Shown: positions 39,039 through 52,695 of the stretch, piece by piece
Position numbering within the stretch: position 1 is the first letter of the stretch
Layout: each line of letters begins with the position of its first letter
From: Chara braunii
Lineage: Eukaryota > Plantae > Charophyceae
DNA: 54,817 nucleotides
Direction: 5' to 3'
Assembly (NCBI GenBank): GCA_003427395.1
Contig: BFEA01000009.1
Coordinates: 5,965,890-6,020,706, forward strand
Notes under the pieces: generated by a model
What the model was told of the DNA's origin: nothing
What the model saw: only the letters and a program-made list of their open reading frames with translations
The model's database searches: none
Translations under genes and position numbers: made by a program

Positions 39039-39204
39039 GAGAGAGAGGGAGAGAGAGAGAGAGAGAAAGAGAGAGAGTGAGAGAGAGAGAGAGTGAGAGA
39101 GAGAGAGAGAGATTGTACCATGCACTTTGCACAATCAATCGGCGGGAAGACATAATGTCATCTGCTACGTCGTTTTGTTGAACACAGCGGGCATGGATAA
39201 GACA

Positions 39205-39283
<79 letters not shown>

Positions 39284-39290
39284 ACAATCG
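38550..39290. repeat. Cluster of (CA)n and (GA)n microsatellites
   Basis: Long pure dinucleotide runs at ~38551, 38792, 38983 and 39207. Confidence 0.95.
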
Positions 39291-42263
39291 GAGGTCGGAA
39301 CGCGATGGCGGCAATGGCAAACGTCGTCGTCCGTCCGTCGGTTAAGGTGCGGACAACCACCTCCCTCCAATCCACGCTACCGGTCACCGGTGAACTGACA
39401 TGTCCCTCGGAGGGGGGAAAATATCTTAAAAAAAAAAAAAAAAAAAAAAAAGGCCACGGAACATGACACCAACCACAGGGAACCCGCCCAAACGTGTGTC
39501 CGTTCGTTGGACCGTACCGGAGGATGAATAGGCCACAAGTGGAAATGTAACCTTTTCCAAAAATGAAAAAAACAAAAGTCAAATTCGAAAGTACCGCGGG
39601 ACACAGGCTCGGCAAATTCGGCGCGCACTGTAATTCAGGGTCAGCAAAAAACGGCTCGAAGGTACTGGTGGCTTAAAGCCAACGACCACGTCCACATGCA
39701 TGGCTTTCAAGCCCCCCTCAAAAAAATGCAGAGTTCGATCCCTCTGGGGATCGAAAAAAAAAATGGAACTATTTCTCGATTTATGCGTGTCATCCTTGCG
39801 CATACTAGTCTACAGATCCGCACGGAGAATTTTAGTCGCGCGATCTTTGAAATTTGACCGCGCTGGATCTGTTCAGACCCTTAGGGCTGCTTCCCAAAAG
39901 GAGCTAACACCAATAGGGTACCGTCGAGCTCGAGTCCAGCGCCACTTGGTGATAGCTTGATGCTGTAACCTACCGGGCTAGTTCGTTTTCATGTAAGCTA
40001 AACTCGCAACTCTTCTATTTAAAAAGTTGTTGCCCAGTAGGTCACCCAACTTTGGGACTCGACGGCCCCAATCTGCCTCACCTAACCAAACGACCGTCAC
40101 CCCATCATCTAACCGGCTGGAGCTTAGCCCGGTAGGCCCGATAATTCACCCCTTTAGTCGCTAATCCGACTTCGGACCCTGGACGAAGTCAAATTTCACG
40201 GCGTGGAAAAACATAGGCCTCTTATTCCTCTCGAGTTGAAACCCCATATTTGGCGCGTCCCTCTTTTATATGCCTACTTAGGCCCTGAATCGCGCGACTG
40301 CCATTATTTTAAGTAGGATACGTTTAACTTTGACATTCTCATGCCTGCGCACTTTTGCGGCATCGACAAAAGTGAAGCACTAGCAGTTACTGTCGTTACT
40401 CTCAGACGCCACAAACGTTTTGACTAAGTTCAAAAAAATTGAGTCTCTCAATCATAGGTTAGGTATTAATAAACTCTTAGCAAACGTTAGTCTCACCAAG
40501 TCCTCAAATTCAACAAAAAGGTCAGATAGCGGTCGACATTGAAAAAGTCTGAGTAGATACCTTTGTAATGGTGTCTTCTTCGACACCGTTCGGGCCGAAC
40601 CTTTGGCTAGGGGGTCCCGAATGTTTGAGTATTCGGGTTTGGGCGTTCAACCGAAACTGAACGCCGACTACCTTGGCAAAAACAATAAGCTCATGGTTGT
40701 TCAAATAAAACAACAATAACTATTGTTAAAAAAATGCGAATAGTAACACAAAAAATGCAGTTCCAACAACAATAATAACGGATGTTGCAACAACAACTTT
40801 TTCACTAACAATTGCAGCAAAATCCGACTTATTAGTTTACTCGTGTAACAATTGCAACACCAACAACAACATTATGGTCTCTCGTACAACATAATATGTC
40901 AATAAGGGAACAACAAAATCTAAGGTTGCGGAAAGAAACGAAGGAGTTACTCGCAAAATCATTGTAAAAAGAGAAAGAACAACTTAGGTTGAAGCAAGGA
41001 AGATATGGATTGGGATGACGGTGGAAATGAGGACGATCGGATGAGTTCCACCCATCCGAGTCGGGAATCTGGTAATGGGTTGGGGAAGGATCGTGATATC
41101 CAGAATCCGTGTTTAAGGAGAGGTAGAGAGACGAAGAACAACATGGACGACCAATAATGATTTAGGAAGAAGTTGAAAAAAAAATGGTAACGGGTCGAAG
41201 GGAAATGAGACTTTAAAGAATTAATAAGGAAACATACAAGTGAAATAAATAACATAGGTTAGTTATGAATTAGAAAAAAAGTAACATACATATGAAGAAG
41301 ATTACCAGTTGGCTATTCATAAGCAAACTATCCCCAAAAGGGACCTTGCTCTAAGACAACATACCCTCGATGCATTGGGAGAGAATTATAAGGAGGATTA
41401 TTAGTAAGTATGAATAAGTAATCAACTAATTTCACAAATGAGAAAAAAATACATTTAAGTCGAGAGAAGTTTCATACTAACGGACAAAAAACGAAGACTA
41501 TATATATAAAATCCCTGACTGTCTTCTTCATGAAGGAGACCAGTAGAACAAAGGCAATAAAAAAACAAACAATGAGAGTCGAAACCGTATTCTCTTACAC
41601 CCTTCCGGTTGGGCCTATTGCTTGAACTAACTTAGGAACAATCAACAAGCTTGAAACATCACAAGACAGATAAAGAAAAAAAAAAAAAATCCTAAGAAGG
41701 AATAAGAAAGGAAAGCATGAAATTTGAGGAAGCGCATAATGACAATAATTGTTTAAAAAAATAATAATAATAACGAGAAGATGAACTATTTTCGTCTCTA
41801 CATTCGACACATAAGTATTATCTTTCAAAAACAGTCACCCAAGAGACAATGGATTATATGACTTATTCAAAAGGTTGTGCATTACTCAAATTATGAGATG
41901 CTCCAAGTACAGGAGTAATATCGCTGGAGACTTGGAAGGATGGAAAAAAACTAGAGCAATTATTTCCAAGCCTAAGGGACTCGTCGGAGCAACAAGACAA
42001 AAGATGAACGAATCAAGGGGCTTTGATGGTAATATATTTAAAGCTTCAACTGAAAGGAATATGAAAAGTTAATGACAAACCACTCATCACTAACATGCCT
42101 AACACTAAAGTTATTTTAGAGACAACCACAAACAAAATAATCCTTATTCGGTAATCATCGTATATGCAGCTTTTAGCTTCAATTATGATTGTGGGCGATG
42201 CAAATGATGAGCGAGATGATGTCACTCACCTCATTAGTTTTGAGGATAATATTACGTAAATAG

Positions 42264-44269
42264 TTAGGCTACCAAAGTGGCCCGGAACCAATTTCTCAGT
42301 CAGGCCAAAACAAATATACAAATAAAATTATTCTTTATTTATAGGCTACCAACTGGGTCGCCCGTGTCATCCTATTTTTTCGGACGGCTTGACCGTGCAA
42401 AGACCAGGGAAGGTCCGGGAGATAGTTAACAACTGACACTATTTACAGGTCACTTTCAGCGGCTTAAGGTCCCCATCTAATGGCTGGATGGAGGTACTTG
42501 AAACCCCTTTCATAAGCTTCAGCCACTTCAGCGGTTTCAGGTCCCCACCTGAAAGTCCTGAAATGACCTGAAGTGGTCGAAGCTTCTGAAAGGGGTTTTA
42601 GGTACCCCCATCCAAATGGGGGCAACCGAAACCCCTTTCAAAAGCTTCAGCCACTTCAACGGTTTCAGGTCCCCACTTGCAATTCCTGAAATGACCTGAA
42701 GTGGCTGAAGCTTCTGAAAGGGGTTTCAGGTACCCCCATCCAACCATTTGAATAGGGGTATCTGAAACCCCAAAAGCTTCACCCACTTCAGCGGTTTCAG
42801 GTCCCCATCTGAAATTCCTGAAATGACATGAAGTGGCCGAAGCTTCTGAAAGGGGTTTCAGGTACCCCCATCGAAATGGTTGGATGGGGGTACCCGAAAC
42901 TCCTTTCATAAGTTTTATCCACTTCAGCGGTTTCAGGTTTCCACCTGAAATTATTGAAATGACCTGAAGTGGTTGAAGCTTCCGAAAGGGGTTTCAGCTA
43001 CCCTCATCCAAATGGTTGGACGGGGGTACCCAAAACCCCTTTCAGAAGCTTCGGCCACTTCAGCGGTTTCAGGTCCCCACCTGAAATTCCTGAAATTCCT
43101 GAAATGCCTTGAAATGGCTGAAGCTTCCGAAAGGGGTTTCAGGTACCCCCATCCAAATGGTTGGATGGGGTACCAAAACCCCCCTTTCATAAGTTTCGGC
43201 CACTTCAACAGTTTCAGGTCCCTACCTGAAATTCCTGAAATGACCTGAAGTGGTTGAAGCTTCTGAAATGGGTTTCAGGTACCCCCATCCAAATGGTTGG
43301 TTGAATGGGGGTACCTGAAACCCCTTTCAGAAGCTTCAGCCACTTCAGCGGTTTCATGTCCCTACCTAAAATTCCTGAAATGACCTGAAGTGGTTGAAGC
43401 TTCTGAAAGAGGTTCCAGGTACCCCCATCCAACCATTTGGATATGGGTACCTGAAACCCCTTTCAGAAGCTTCAGCCACTTCAGGTCATTACGGCGGTTT
43501 CAGGTCCCTGGCTGAAATTTCTGAAATGGGCTGAAGTGGCTGAAAAAAGAGGCAGCAAAAAAAAAAAAACATAAAACTTGTCCTCCAAACCACCCGAAAC
43601 TTCTGAAATGACTTGAAGTTCCTTCAGGCCATTTCGGCGGTTTCATACCACTTCATAATTTTTTATTCTGAAATTTCACGTGGTCATTAACCATTAGTGG
43701 AAGATCATAGCAAAAAAAAAAAAAAACAATAAAAAAAATTTTAAAAATATATATTATGCAGAAAAATAAACTGAACAATTTTTGGCTCAGAGTTACATCA
43801 AAATTCTGTAGCAGATTTATAATACAAAATCAAGTTAAAACCTTATTTTTTTATTTTTTTATTGTTTTAATTTTATTTACTCTTTATTTATTTTTTGCTT
43901 GGCAAGACAACTTGAAGTGGCATCGGGTCACTCTGACAGCCTAGGTTTATCTTGTATTTGGTAAAAAGTTCGAAGTGACCATGCGGCAAACGTTGTTTAA
44001 TTTATTTTTTTGCATAACGTAAGTTTTTTTTTAATTTTTCTAGATTATGAGTCGGGCCGCGCGGGGCATCTTATTTTCCTGAACGGCCCGACCGTGTAAG
44101 GCCAAGGAAAGGTTATAGCAAAGCAAAAAAAAAAAAAAAAAAAAAATCTAAAAAATCTAAAAAAGAACTATGTTATGCAGAAAAATAAAATGAACAATTT
44201 CTGCCTCAGGGTCACATTGAAATTCTTTATTTAATTAAAATAAAATATATATATATATACTATTTGACG

Positions 44270-44338
<69 letters not shown>

Positions 44339-44392
44339 ATTCTTTTTTTGTCGGGCCAGGCAACTGACCCCGGGTCACTCTGGTAGCCTAGG
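42264..44392. mobile_element. Foldback-type non-autonomous DNA transposon remnant
   Basis: Inverted end motifs TAGGCTACCAAAGTGGCCCGG (42264) and CCGGGTCACTCTGGTAGCCTA (44370). It also has repeated subterminal blocks and an internal palindromic array. No TSD identified. Confidence 0.5.
42465..43545. repeat. Palindromic tandem array, ~136-bp unit x ~8
   Basis: Unit = GAAACCCCTTTCAGAAGCTTCAGCCACTTCAG...CTGAAGTGGCTGAAGCTTCTGAAAGGGGTTTC + AGGTACCCCCATCCAA-ATGG-TTGGATGGGGGTACCT. Confidence 0.95.
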
Positions 44393-46279
44393 AATTTTTA
44401 TTTATTTATTTATTTATTTATTTTTTTGGGGGGGGGGGGAGAGACCTTCTCTGGTACTAGCATGGTCGGCCTGCCCGGGAAAATGAGGTGACCAGGGATG
44501 TGTAACTGGTGACCTAGGTAAATAAAAGGGGAAAAAAGGAGAAAATAACCAACTAGGGAGGAAAAAAATGAACACATTTGCACATGATTATGTATATTAG
44601 GGCGTAGCCACAACAAGAAGATGACAAGTCTTGCGAAACTTTTCCTCCACCGTGTTCCCCAAGGTCCCTAATAGTTTCCTCTCTGCTAGAGTCATAACGA
44701 ACTGATGAAAGCAAATTTCAAGTTGGTAAATAAAAGCTCTAAATATAAATGGTTTTACTCGAACCATAAACTCTAAAGAAATATAAATATAGAGAATTAT
44801 AAAGGAAAGGGACCTAGGAGGAATATATGGTTTGCATACAAAAAAAGACATATTTATGCACGTACCCCCATTTGAAGCGAAAAACAAAAGCTAGGGCCCT
44901 ATATCTCGTTTTCAGCCCATACAAGATCATCGACCTTCTGAAGGGTATTGGTAGCAATATGGTTACCACCCATATCATCAAGATTGACCTCCATCTCCCA
45001 TGACTATGATAAATCACAATGAAAATCGATATGGTTACGAACACCTATTGCAAGGAAGGAGGTGACAATAAACATTGTATGTGGGTTAAGTTACGCTATA
45101 GAATAAACATACTCCCTTCATGGTTTGTACCCCATTGATATATCTCTCATCTTGATGATATACTTTAACATGATGTTGGATTCGATGATTGAAAGAAAAT
45201 TCACATCACATTAGAAAAAAGTGAAACACCTCAACACAAGTTTGACTCTTGATATTGTCATTTTAATAAGGTTCATGATTATATTCCTCTTGCATAACAC
45301 ATATTAAATATTCGGTTGATTGGTTCAATGAGGGGGTGGTGAAACAAAAAACATTGTAAAAAAAAAGAATCATTAACCATATATAAAAAAAAAGTTATGA
45401 TGAAAGATTTAATAAATTGAATGGCGGAATGAGGAAAAAAATTGAACAAACACCTTAATGGCTAACAAACCCACAACAAACTATAGATAGTTAGGAACTA
45501 TATAAAGTATCCAGCTCCAGTTGTGTAGGTTTATATTTGTGAGCATGATATTTTATTTCGTATTCGATCATTGCTATTGTTCTTTAATACACTCGAACAA
45601 GCGAAGTTTTGTATAAAATATGGTTCAAACTGATGATTTATTTCACCTTAAATTTAAAATTTTCCCCACATAGTACTTTTATATTGTGCTCCACGTGAAG
45701 ACACAACCTGGAGGATACTTCAACACTTTAATTATAACTCACACCCTTAGGTTGGGCCGACTTGAGATGTTGTGACGGAGTTGGAGCCGCCCTGCAATCA
45801 AGATTTGCGACATGGGTGCACTCAATAATTCCTTGCATTATAGAAGTTGCTGCATATAGAAATCCGTATTCCTAGGCTCTTCAACGTCCGTATAAATAAT
45901 CTTAAAAAATTATTCGATTTATCCTTAAAATTAAAATAATGTCATTTCTCGACCCCTCACATCCTTGATTCATCGATCACATAAAAACATATATCTTGGT
46001 TGTATATATTCATAAATCCCGTCTTTGAAATGCAAAAAGTAAAAAAAAAAAAATTGTCTTATAGATACACTTGCAGTGTCAATTTGCAAAATGATCATGA
46101 ATATCAAAGTAAAATATGAAAAAAAAAACCACTATAGTATATTTGGTAAAATAAAAAATAATTTCTTGCTCGAGTAAATTTTTTTATGTTGAATTTTTTT
46201 AATTAGGAATGCGTAGCAACTTTACCTTTATGCGTGTGCTTAGGAGTCGGAAAACAAGGGTTTTCCGAGTCCGCACCAC

Positions 46280-46285
46280 TATGAG

Positions 46286-46336
<51 letters not shown>

Positions 46337-46440
46337 CATGACCGTCTCTCTTCCTCTCTCTCCCTCTCGACAAAAAATATGGTGGTGTTTCTTCCCATGT
46401 TGTAGTCGTTCATTCATTCTCATTGTGCATATTATCCGTT

Positions 46441-46509
<69 letters not shown>

Positions 46510-47098
46510 CCCATGATTGTCGCTCTCCCTTTCTCTCTCTCGCTCTCAAAAAAAAATGTGGTGGTGTTTCTTCCCATGTTATAGCCGGTCATTCATTCTC
46601 ATTGTGCATACTATCTATTTATCCCTGATTCTCGCAGGTGGACGACATGCAAAATGAAAATGAATCTTTCGCTAAACATGGGAAGATCACCCTTATAAAA
46701 TGGTGATGTATTTTTCCATCTTCTAGCGGAAGATTGATTTTCATTTTGGATGTCGTCCACCTATTGGGATAGGGGATCAATGGACGACATATGAAACATA
46801 AATGAATCTTACGCAATAATATGAAAAGAAACACCTCTATATTTTTTATATACAACAGACAAAAAACATGAAGGTATATCTTCCCAGGTACTATAGGAAT
46901 ATTCATTTTCATTTTGCATGCCATCCACCTGCCGGGATTGATAATATGTGGACACAAAACGAGCAAAATGAGAACGGATCTTTTACTAAACCTTGGGAAG
47001 ATACACCGCTATATTTATTGTCTTTTGTTCATGTGGTGAGTAGTGGATCGAGATGCATGGGCATCGCCTTTTTTTTTCTTCTCCCTCTCTCTCTCCTT

Positions 47099-47170
<72 letters not shown>

Positions 47171-47490
47171 GAGGATGAGAAGATTGAGGTCGGAGATGAA
47201 ATAACTTATGAAGACGGAGCTTGGGAGCCCAACGTGAAAGTTTCAACTTTCTTTCGCTAACCCTTGAGGAAGATACACCGCCATATTTCTTGTTTTTTAC
47301 GCATGTGGTGTGACTAGTGGAGCGTGGTCCATGAATATCGTTTTTTTTTCCCCTCTCTCTCTCTCTCACACGCACACACACACAGGTGGAGGAAACCTTG
47401 AAGGAATGGCGAGAGAGGAGGAGGTCAAGATTGGAGATGGAGAAACTTACCAGGACGGAGCTTTTGAACCCAACGTGAAAGTTTGAATTT
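46280..47490. repeat. Complex direct/inverted repeat block interleaved with (GA)n and (CA)n
   Basis: GGTGGTGTTTCTTCCCATGTT...CATTCTCATTGTGCATA occurs twice. Its inverse GGAAGATACACCGC occurs twice. GACGGAGCTT..GA.CCCAACGTGAAAGTTT occurs twice. Confidence 0.7.
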
Positions 47491-48037
47491 AGAGTCCCAG
47501 ATTGTCGCGCCTAGGGCTTGGGTATTCTACAAAGTTGTCTGCTAGGTGGGCAGGACAAACCGGGTAAGACACGGTGCAACCAACTGACCTAGCTCAACTG
47601 TTACACCGTTGACCTGTTGAAATACACACCTAAGTTCAAACTTCACTGGAAGCAAATAAATAATTAGGGCTCTCATTTTACTTTTCATTTTACTTTTCAT
47701 TTTACCTTAATTTTACCTCCTCATTTTATATGCACCACGAGGTCAGTAGATGGTGGGTAGGGCTGGGTTTCGGAGGGATTCTCCATCGGTGGCCCCCTCC
47801 ACACCAGGCCACACCTCAGGGCAGGAAGGGATGTTATAATCCGGACATGGGACGCTGTACCCGGTTTCCAGCACTGTGGTGTCAGACTCAATGGTGAAAA
47901 AGAGAAAGATGTATCTAAGGGACGCTGGACCCGGTTTCCAGCAGGTGAGGCTCCCCACCAATAGATGGAGCGGCCCACCAGACAAAGCCTCAATCCCGGT
48001 GGTTCTCTTACCACCACTGGGATAGAGGTTTTGCACA

Positions 48038-48780
48038 GGCCTTAAACCTCCAGTACCTTCGCCAGTGTTAAGAAATTACGATGTCTTGACCAGTACCCGA
48101 ACTTTTCGGGGTGGGACACCTGATCGGCAATGTCCCATAAATCTGAATTTTATAGTGATGAAAAAAAGGGGAAAAAAAAATGCTTTCTCTACTGCAATGA
48201 TATCGGGCTGGGTAGTCCAGGAGCCCGTGCTCACAATCTTCCTCCACAGAATGCACCTTACAGGTAAGGCGGTCACATTCTGAATGTTACTGTTTTCTTT
48301 TATTGTTGGTCGTGTGTTTTTTATGAGTCCCCTGTCCGTGAATTGCTCAAGCTGTCCATGATCTGCTCAAACTGTGTTTTGTCAGAGGACTGTAAGGCTC
48401 ATCACACTAGCACTTAGGGAAATGTATCTAGCCATTTTCACGGTCGGATCCATGTGCCCGTTTTTTCCCCCTTGTATTCTCTTTTTGGAATCTGACAACC
48501 TGGCCAAGAGGTTGAGATGCCCTCATTGAGGGCACACTCACACTACCACTTCCAAGAATGTATACAACTGCAATCATGGCCAAAACTTTGTTTTCTTTTT
48601 TTTTTTATATTCTTTTCTGAGGTTCACGGCCGCAAATTTTCTTCTTCTTTTTTTATTTTTTTTATTCTTTCTGTAAGAGCACCAGAAAGAAAACGAAGTG
48701 GTACCCAGGCTTGGCAAAACTCAGAGCGCAGTGAAATTCAGGGTCGGCAAAAACAGGCTCGGAGGTACTGGTGGTTTGAA
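48038..48780. mobile_element. MITE-like element bounded by the inverted AAACCACCAGTACCTCCG motif
   Basis: GGCCTTAAACCTCCAGTACCTTCG at 48038 and CGGAGGTACTGGTGGTTTGAA ending at 48780. The same motifs occur at 13376 and 39656-39680. Confidence 0.5.
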
Positions 48781-48891
48781 AAAAAAAAAAGGGCTGGTCA
48801 GCTCAATCATGATACCTCAAGGCTGTTGCCCTTTTTGAAAAGCGAGATTTGAGAGGGAAAAAAAAATAAAACTCTTTTGGGACTTCTGTTC

Positions 48892-49180
48892 AAATTGGAA
48901 AGGAAAAGTTTTTAAGCCGTCCCGCCATGAAACCTTTGTATTCATTTCCTCTCAAATGAAGCAAAAAGTGTCGCGGCCCCCAGAACGACTTTTGGCTCCA
49001 TTTTTGCACCCTGTAAAACACTTCCCTGTCATTTTTGCACAGCGGGCATTATTGGCCCAGCCAGGGTGCAAAAATGATAGCAAAAGTCATTTTGGGGCCT
49101 GTGACACTTTTTGCCTTGTTTGGAGGGAAATGAATACAAAGGTTTCGTGACGGGGAGGTTTTATAACTTTTCCCAAATTG
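48892..49180. mobile_element. Long inverted repeat / MITE (~120-bp arms)
   Basis: GAAACCTTTGTATTCATTTCC...GCAAAAAGTGTC...CATTTTTGCACCCTG is mirrored by CAGGGTGCAAAAATG...GACACTTTTTGC...GGAAATGAATACAAAGGTTTC. Confidence 0.8.
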
Positions 49181-50280
49181 GGGCCAAGTCCCACTAGCAG
49201 CGTTGAGCTACCTCAACACCCGAATCTGGAAGCTGGACGTGTTTGTGGAGACATGCAGTTCAGGAAACTCGACACCATTTCTGCACATATCGGCAAAAAC
49301 GTCCAGATTCAGGCGTTGAGGTACCTCAACGCTGCTAGTGGGACGTCGCCCCTGCACAAGGATGAGACACATATATATAGGAAAAAACCAAAAACAAAGA
49401 AAAAACAGTGTGCAGGCCCAGGCCCGAACGGAGAGGTGTAGATTGCAATCTTGGCCTCTGCCTGACAGGGCATGTCGGAAATTACGTAGGCCAAAAGAGC
49501 GTTCTGCTCTACCTACATCTTTTCGGGGCAATTTCGCATGTATCTCGACTTTGAGGGGTATAACGCAAAGTTTACCTTTATTCTTTTTTCCTTTTCTTTT
49601 CTTTTTGATGGAAATTTCAGAGGGGACGAACGTGGACGCATCAGCAAAACAGCTGTTCGATCGGACGTTAACCATTCCATCTAACGGTCCCGTCTACAAA
49701 GCTTTCTCAGAGGGCAGGGGAACCAAGGGCCTCGCTGCACTACCCTGTACTCTCGACATGCACAAACAATAAAAATATTGGCGGTGTATCTTTCCATATT
49801 CTAGCAGAAGATTCGCTCTCGTTTTGCACATTTCGAGAGTAGTGCAGCGAGGCCCCAACTCAGCGGTAACAGGTTTACCCAAAGCTGCCATTTTGTTCCG
49901 TAGACCAGACCCGGGATCGAGTCCCACTTGCATAACGTCCGCTGATAAGATCGACGGTCTGGATCTCTTAGACCGTCAGAGTGGGACCTGGCCAGAGGAT
50001 TCGCGAGCTTGGGGGAGAGGACTGTAGCGGCTCGATTTTCCTGCGCGCACGTGATCGGGAAATGGTCTAGATTCATCATTTGAAACTCCTATACCCTACC
50101 CTAAACTCTGCAGCAGGAAGGCAGGACTTGTCGGGTGGGGTGTGGGGGGTAACAAATCAGGTGCTCCGGCACATGATGCTTCTTTTCGGGGGCAAGGTCC
50201 CACTTGCATGGATTACGAGAAACTGGCCGTTGATCTTTGTTATCTACGGTCAATCTCGCTTAATTCGTGCAAGCGGGACC

Positions 50281-50390
50281 TACCATCCTCCCCCGAACAT
50301 AACGCACCCTGAAAATGAATGTATACAAGCTATATTTCCGGCCAGGTTATAGACAAAATAAGGGTGCGTGGTGTTCGGGGGAAGACAGTA
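50281..50390. mobile_element. 110-bp Tc1/mariner-type MITE
   Basis: TA-CCATCCTCCCCCGAACATAACGCACCCT ... AGGGTGCGTGGTGTTCGGGGGAAGACAG-TA: imperfect ~28-bp TIRs with TA at both ends. Confidence 0.65.
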
Positions 50391-51081
50391 GCCCCGGGAA
50401 GCTCAAGCGCCACACGGGATGATGGATCGTTGTTGGGCCGTGTCGGGGGGGTGTTTTGGGGTCGGCCGGCGGCGGGCGAGCACTAGGCACACACTCTCAC
50501 ACCCGGACTTCGCCGACTGACCTCTGCACGCAGTTGCCGTCAGATGCATCCGTCCTGGCCGTAATTGCGGTCAGGTTCATTCGAAAGGTGCTCGTGTGAG
50601 TATACCCTAAGCATGGTTTGGTTGATTGACACCATAGCCGCCAGGGGCCTCAACGCACGGACAGATGTTGATCCGCCGTCATGAGCATCCATTTCGTGCA
50701 ATTTGGTGCAATTTGGTGTTGCTAGCGGCCTCCGGCGGCGGGCCGTGTGTAGCTGACTGTTCGGACTGGAAAGGAGGGGAGGGGGGAGCGGGGTTGGGGG
50801 GTGTTATCGCCGTGCTGGTTTCCCGACCTACCGGTAGCTGGTGCTGCAGGACTGGGGTTGAGTTTGAACTGGGGGAAAAGACAGGAGGGTTTTGTGGGTG
50901 GTACTTCCCTCCGCTCTCTCTCTCTTCTGCTTGTGTCGTGGGAGCCATTGTGGTGAACGGAGATCGAGAGAGGAGGAGGAGCAGGAAAAGGCACACCTGC
51001 TGACGACGGTGATCCGGGTGGGTGCGAGATTTGCAGTTCGGCTTGTTGAAGATCGTGTGAGCTGATCGTTGCGTCGCGGCG

Positions 51082-52664
51082 ATGGAGAACAAAGATAGCG
51101 AGAAGAAGAAGAAGAAAAGAGAGAAAGGTGAGGAAGGAGGAGGAGGAGCCGTTGTGGCTATGGATGTGGATGGGAGACAGGATGTGGCCGGTGTTATCGC
51201 GTCCATTCAGTCCGCTACCGAATTCTTCATCAAGCCTAGCCCGACCCCGACGCTCGACACGTCGAAATGGCCGATCTTGCTGAAGAATTACGACAAACTG
51301 AATGTCCGTACAGGTCATTACACCCCGATCCCGACGGGCCACTCTCCGCTGAAGAGGCCGCTGTACGACTATGTCCGCTATGGCGTTATCAATCTCGACA
51401 AGCCGGCCAATCCGTCTTCCCACGAGGTGGTGGCCTGGATCCGACGTATTCTGAGAGTAGACAAGACGGGACACAGCGGCACGCTCGATCCCAAGGTCAC
51501 TGGAAGCTTGGTCGTTTGCGTTGACCGAGCGACAAGGCTGGTCAAGGCTCAGCAAGGGGCGGGGAAGGAGTACGTATGCGTAGCCAGGCTGCACAGCGAA
51601 ATCGACGGCGTGCAGAAGGTAGCGAGAGCCATCGAGACCTTAACGGGAGCGCTGTTTCAGCGCCCACCGTTGATCTCCGCCGTCAAACGACAGCTCAGGA
51701 TCCGCACGATCTACCAGAGCAAGCTGCTGGAGTACGATCAAGCGCGGCACTTAGTCGTTTTCTGGGTGTCCTGTGAGGCGGGGACGTACATACGAACGCT
51801 CTGTGTGCATTTAGGTCTTCTGCTTGGCGTCGGCGGGCATATGCAGGAGCTCCGGCGCGTGAGAACGGGGATCTTAGGCGAAAATGACAACCTTGTGACT
51901 ATGCATGATATCCTGGATGCTCAATGGACGTACGACAACTATAAGGACGAATCCTATTTGAGAAGGGCAATTATGCCCCTTGAGGTGTTGCTGACAAGCT
52001 ATAAGCGCATTGTGGTGAAAGATAGTGCTGTGAACGCCATCTGTTATGGGGCTAAGCTCATGATTCCCGGCTTGTTGAGGTATGAGTCGGGCATAGAGGT
52101 AGGGGAGGAGGTTGTGATGATGACCACCAAGGGAGAGGCCGTCGCTTTGGGAATCGCCCAGATGACGACGGCGGTGATGGCCACGTGTGATCACGGGGTC
52201 GTGGCGAAGATCAAGCGCGTGGTGATGGAACGGGATACCTACCCGCGGCGATGGGGTCTGGGGCCGACGTCGATGAAGAAGAAGCAGATGATCTCGGAGG
52301 GGTTGTTGGACAAATACGGAAAGCCGAACGAGAAGACGCCGAAAGAATGGTTACGAAATGTTGTTGACGTCAGTTCTGTGCCAGTTGGCGGGCTGTCGGA
52401 ACTGGAGCGGATTGCCGCGGAGGCGGCGGGGGGAGGACACGTGGTGTCTCCGACGGCGGTGGTAGAGAAGGTTAAGGTCAAGGAAGAAGCAGACTATGAA
52501 ATGGGGGAGGGGAAGAAGGAGAAGAAGAAGAAGAAGAAGGAGGAGGAGGAGGAGGAGAATTGCCCGAAGATGGAGGACGAGGAAGACGGGGATAGAAAGA
52601 AGAAAAAGAAGGAAAAGAAACCAAAGGAGGAGGACGATGAAGTGGATGTTAGCGACGAGGAGGA

Positions 52665-52695
<31 letters not shown>

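Noticed and set aside
39900-39960. Short resemblance to LSU rRNA (CACCAATAGGG...GAGCT)
   Set aside because: Too short and gapped to distinguish from chance.
40950-42100. Possible decayed minus-strand LINE tail (and degraded ORF at 44560-45330)
   Set aside because: The composition is suggestive, but no diagnostic motif could be read.
50679-51594. Antisense ORFs of 175-290 aa overlapping CBF5
   Set aside because: They are shadow ORFs of a GC-rich coding strand with no protein motifs.
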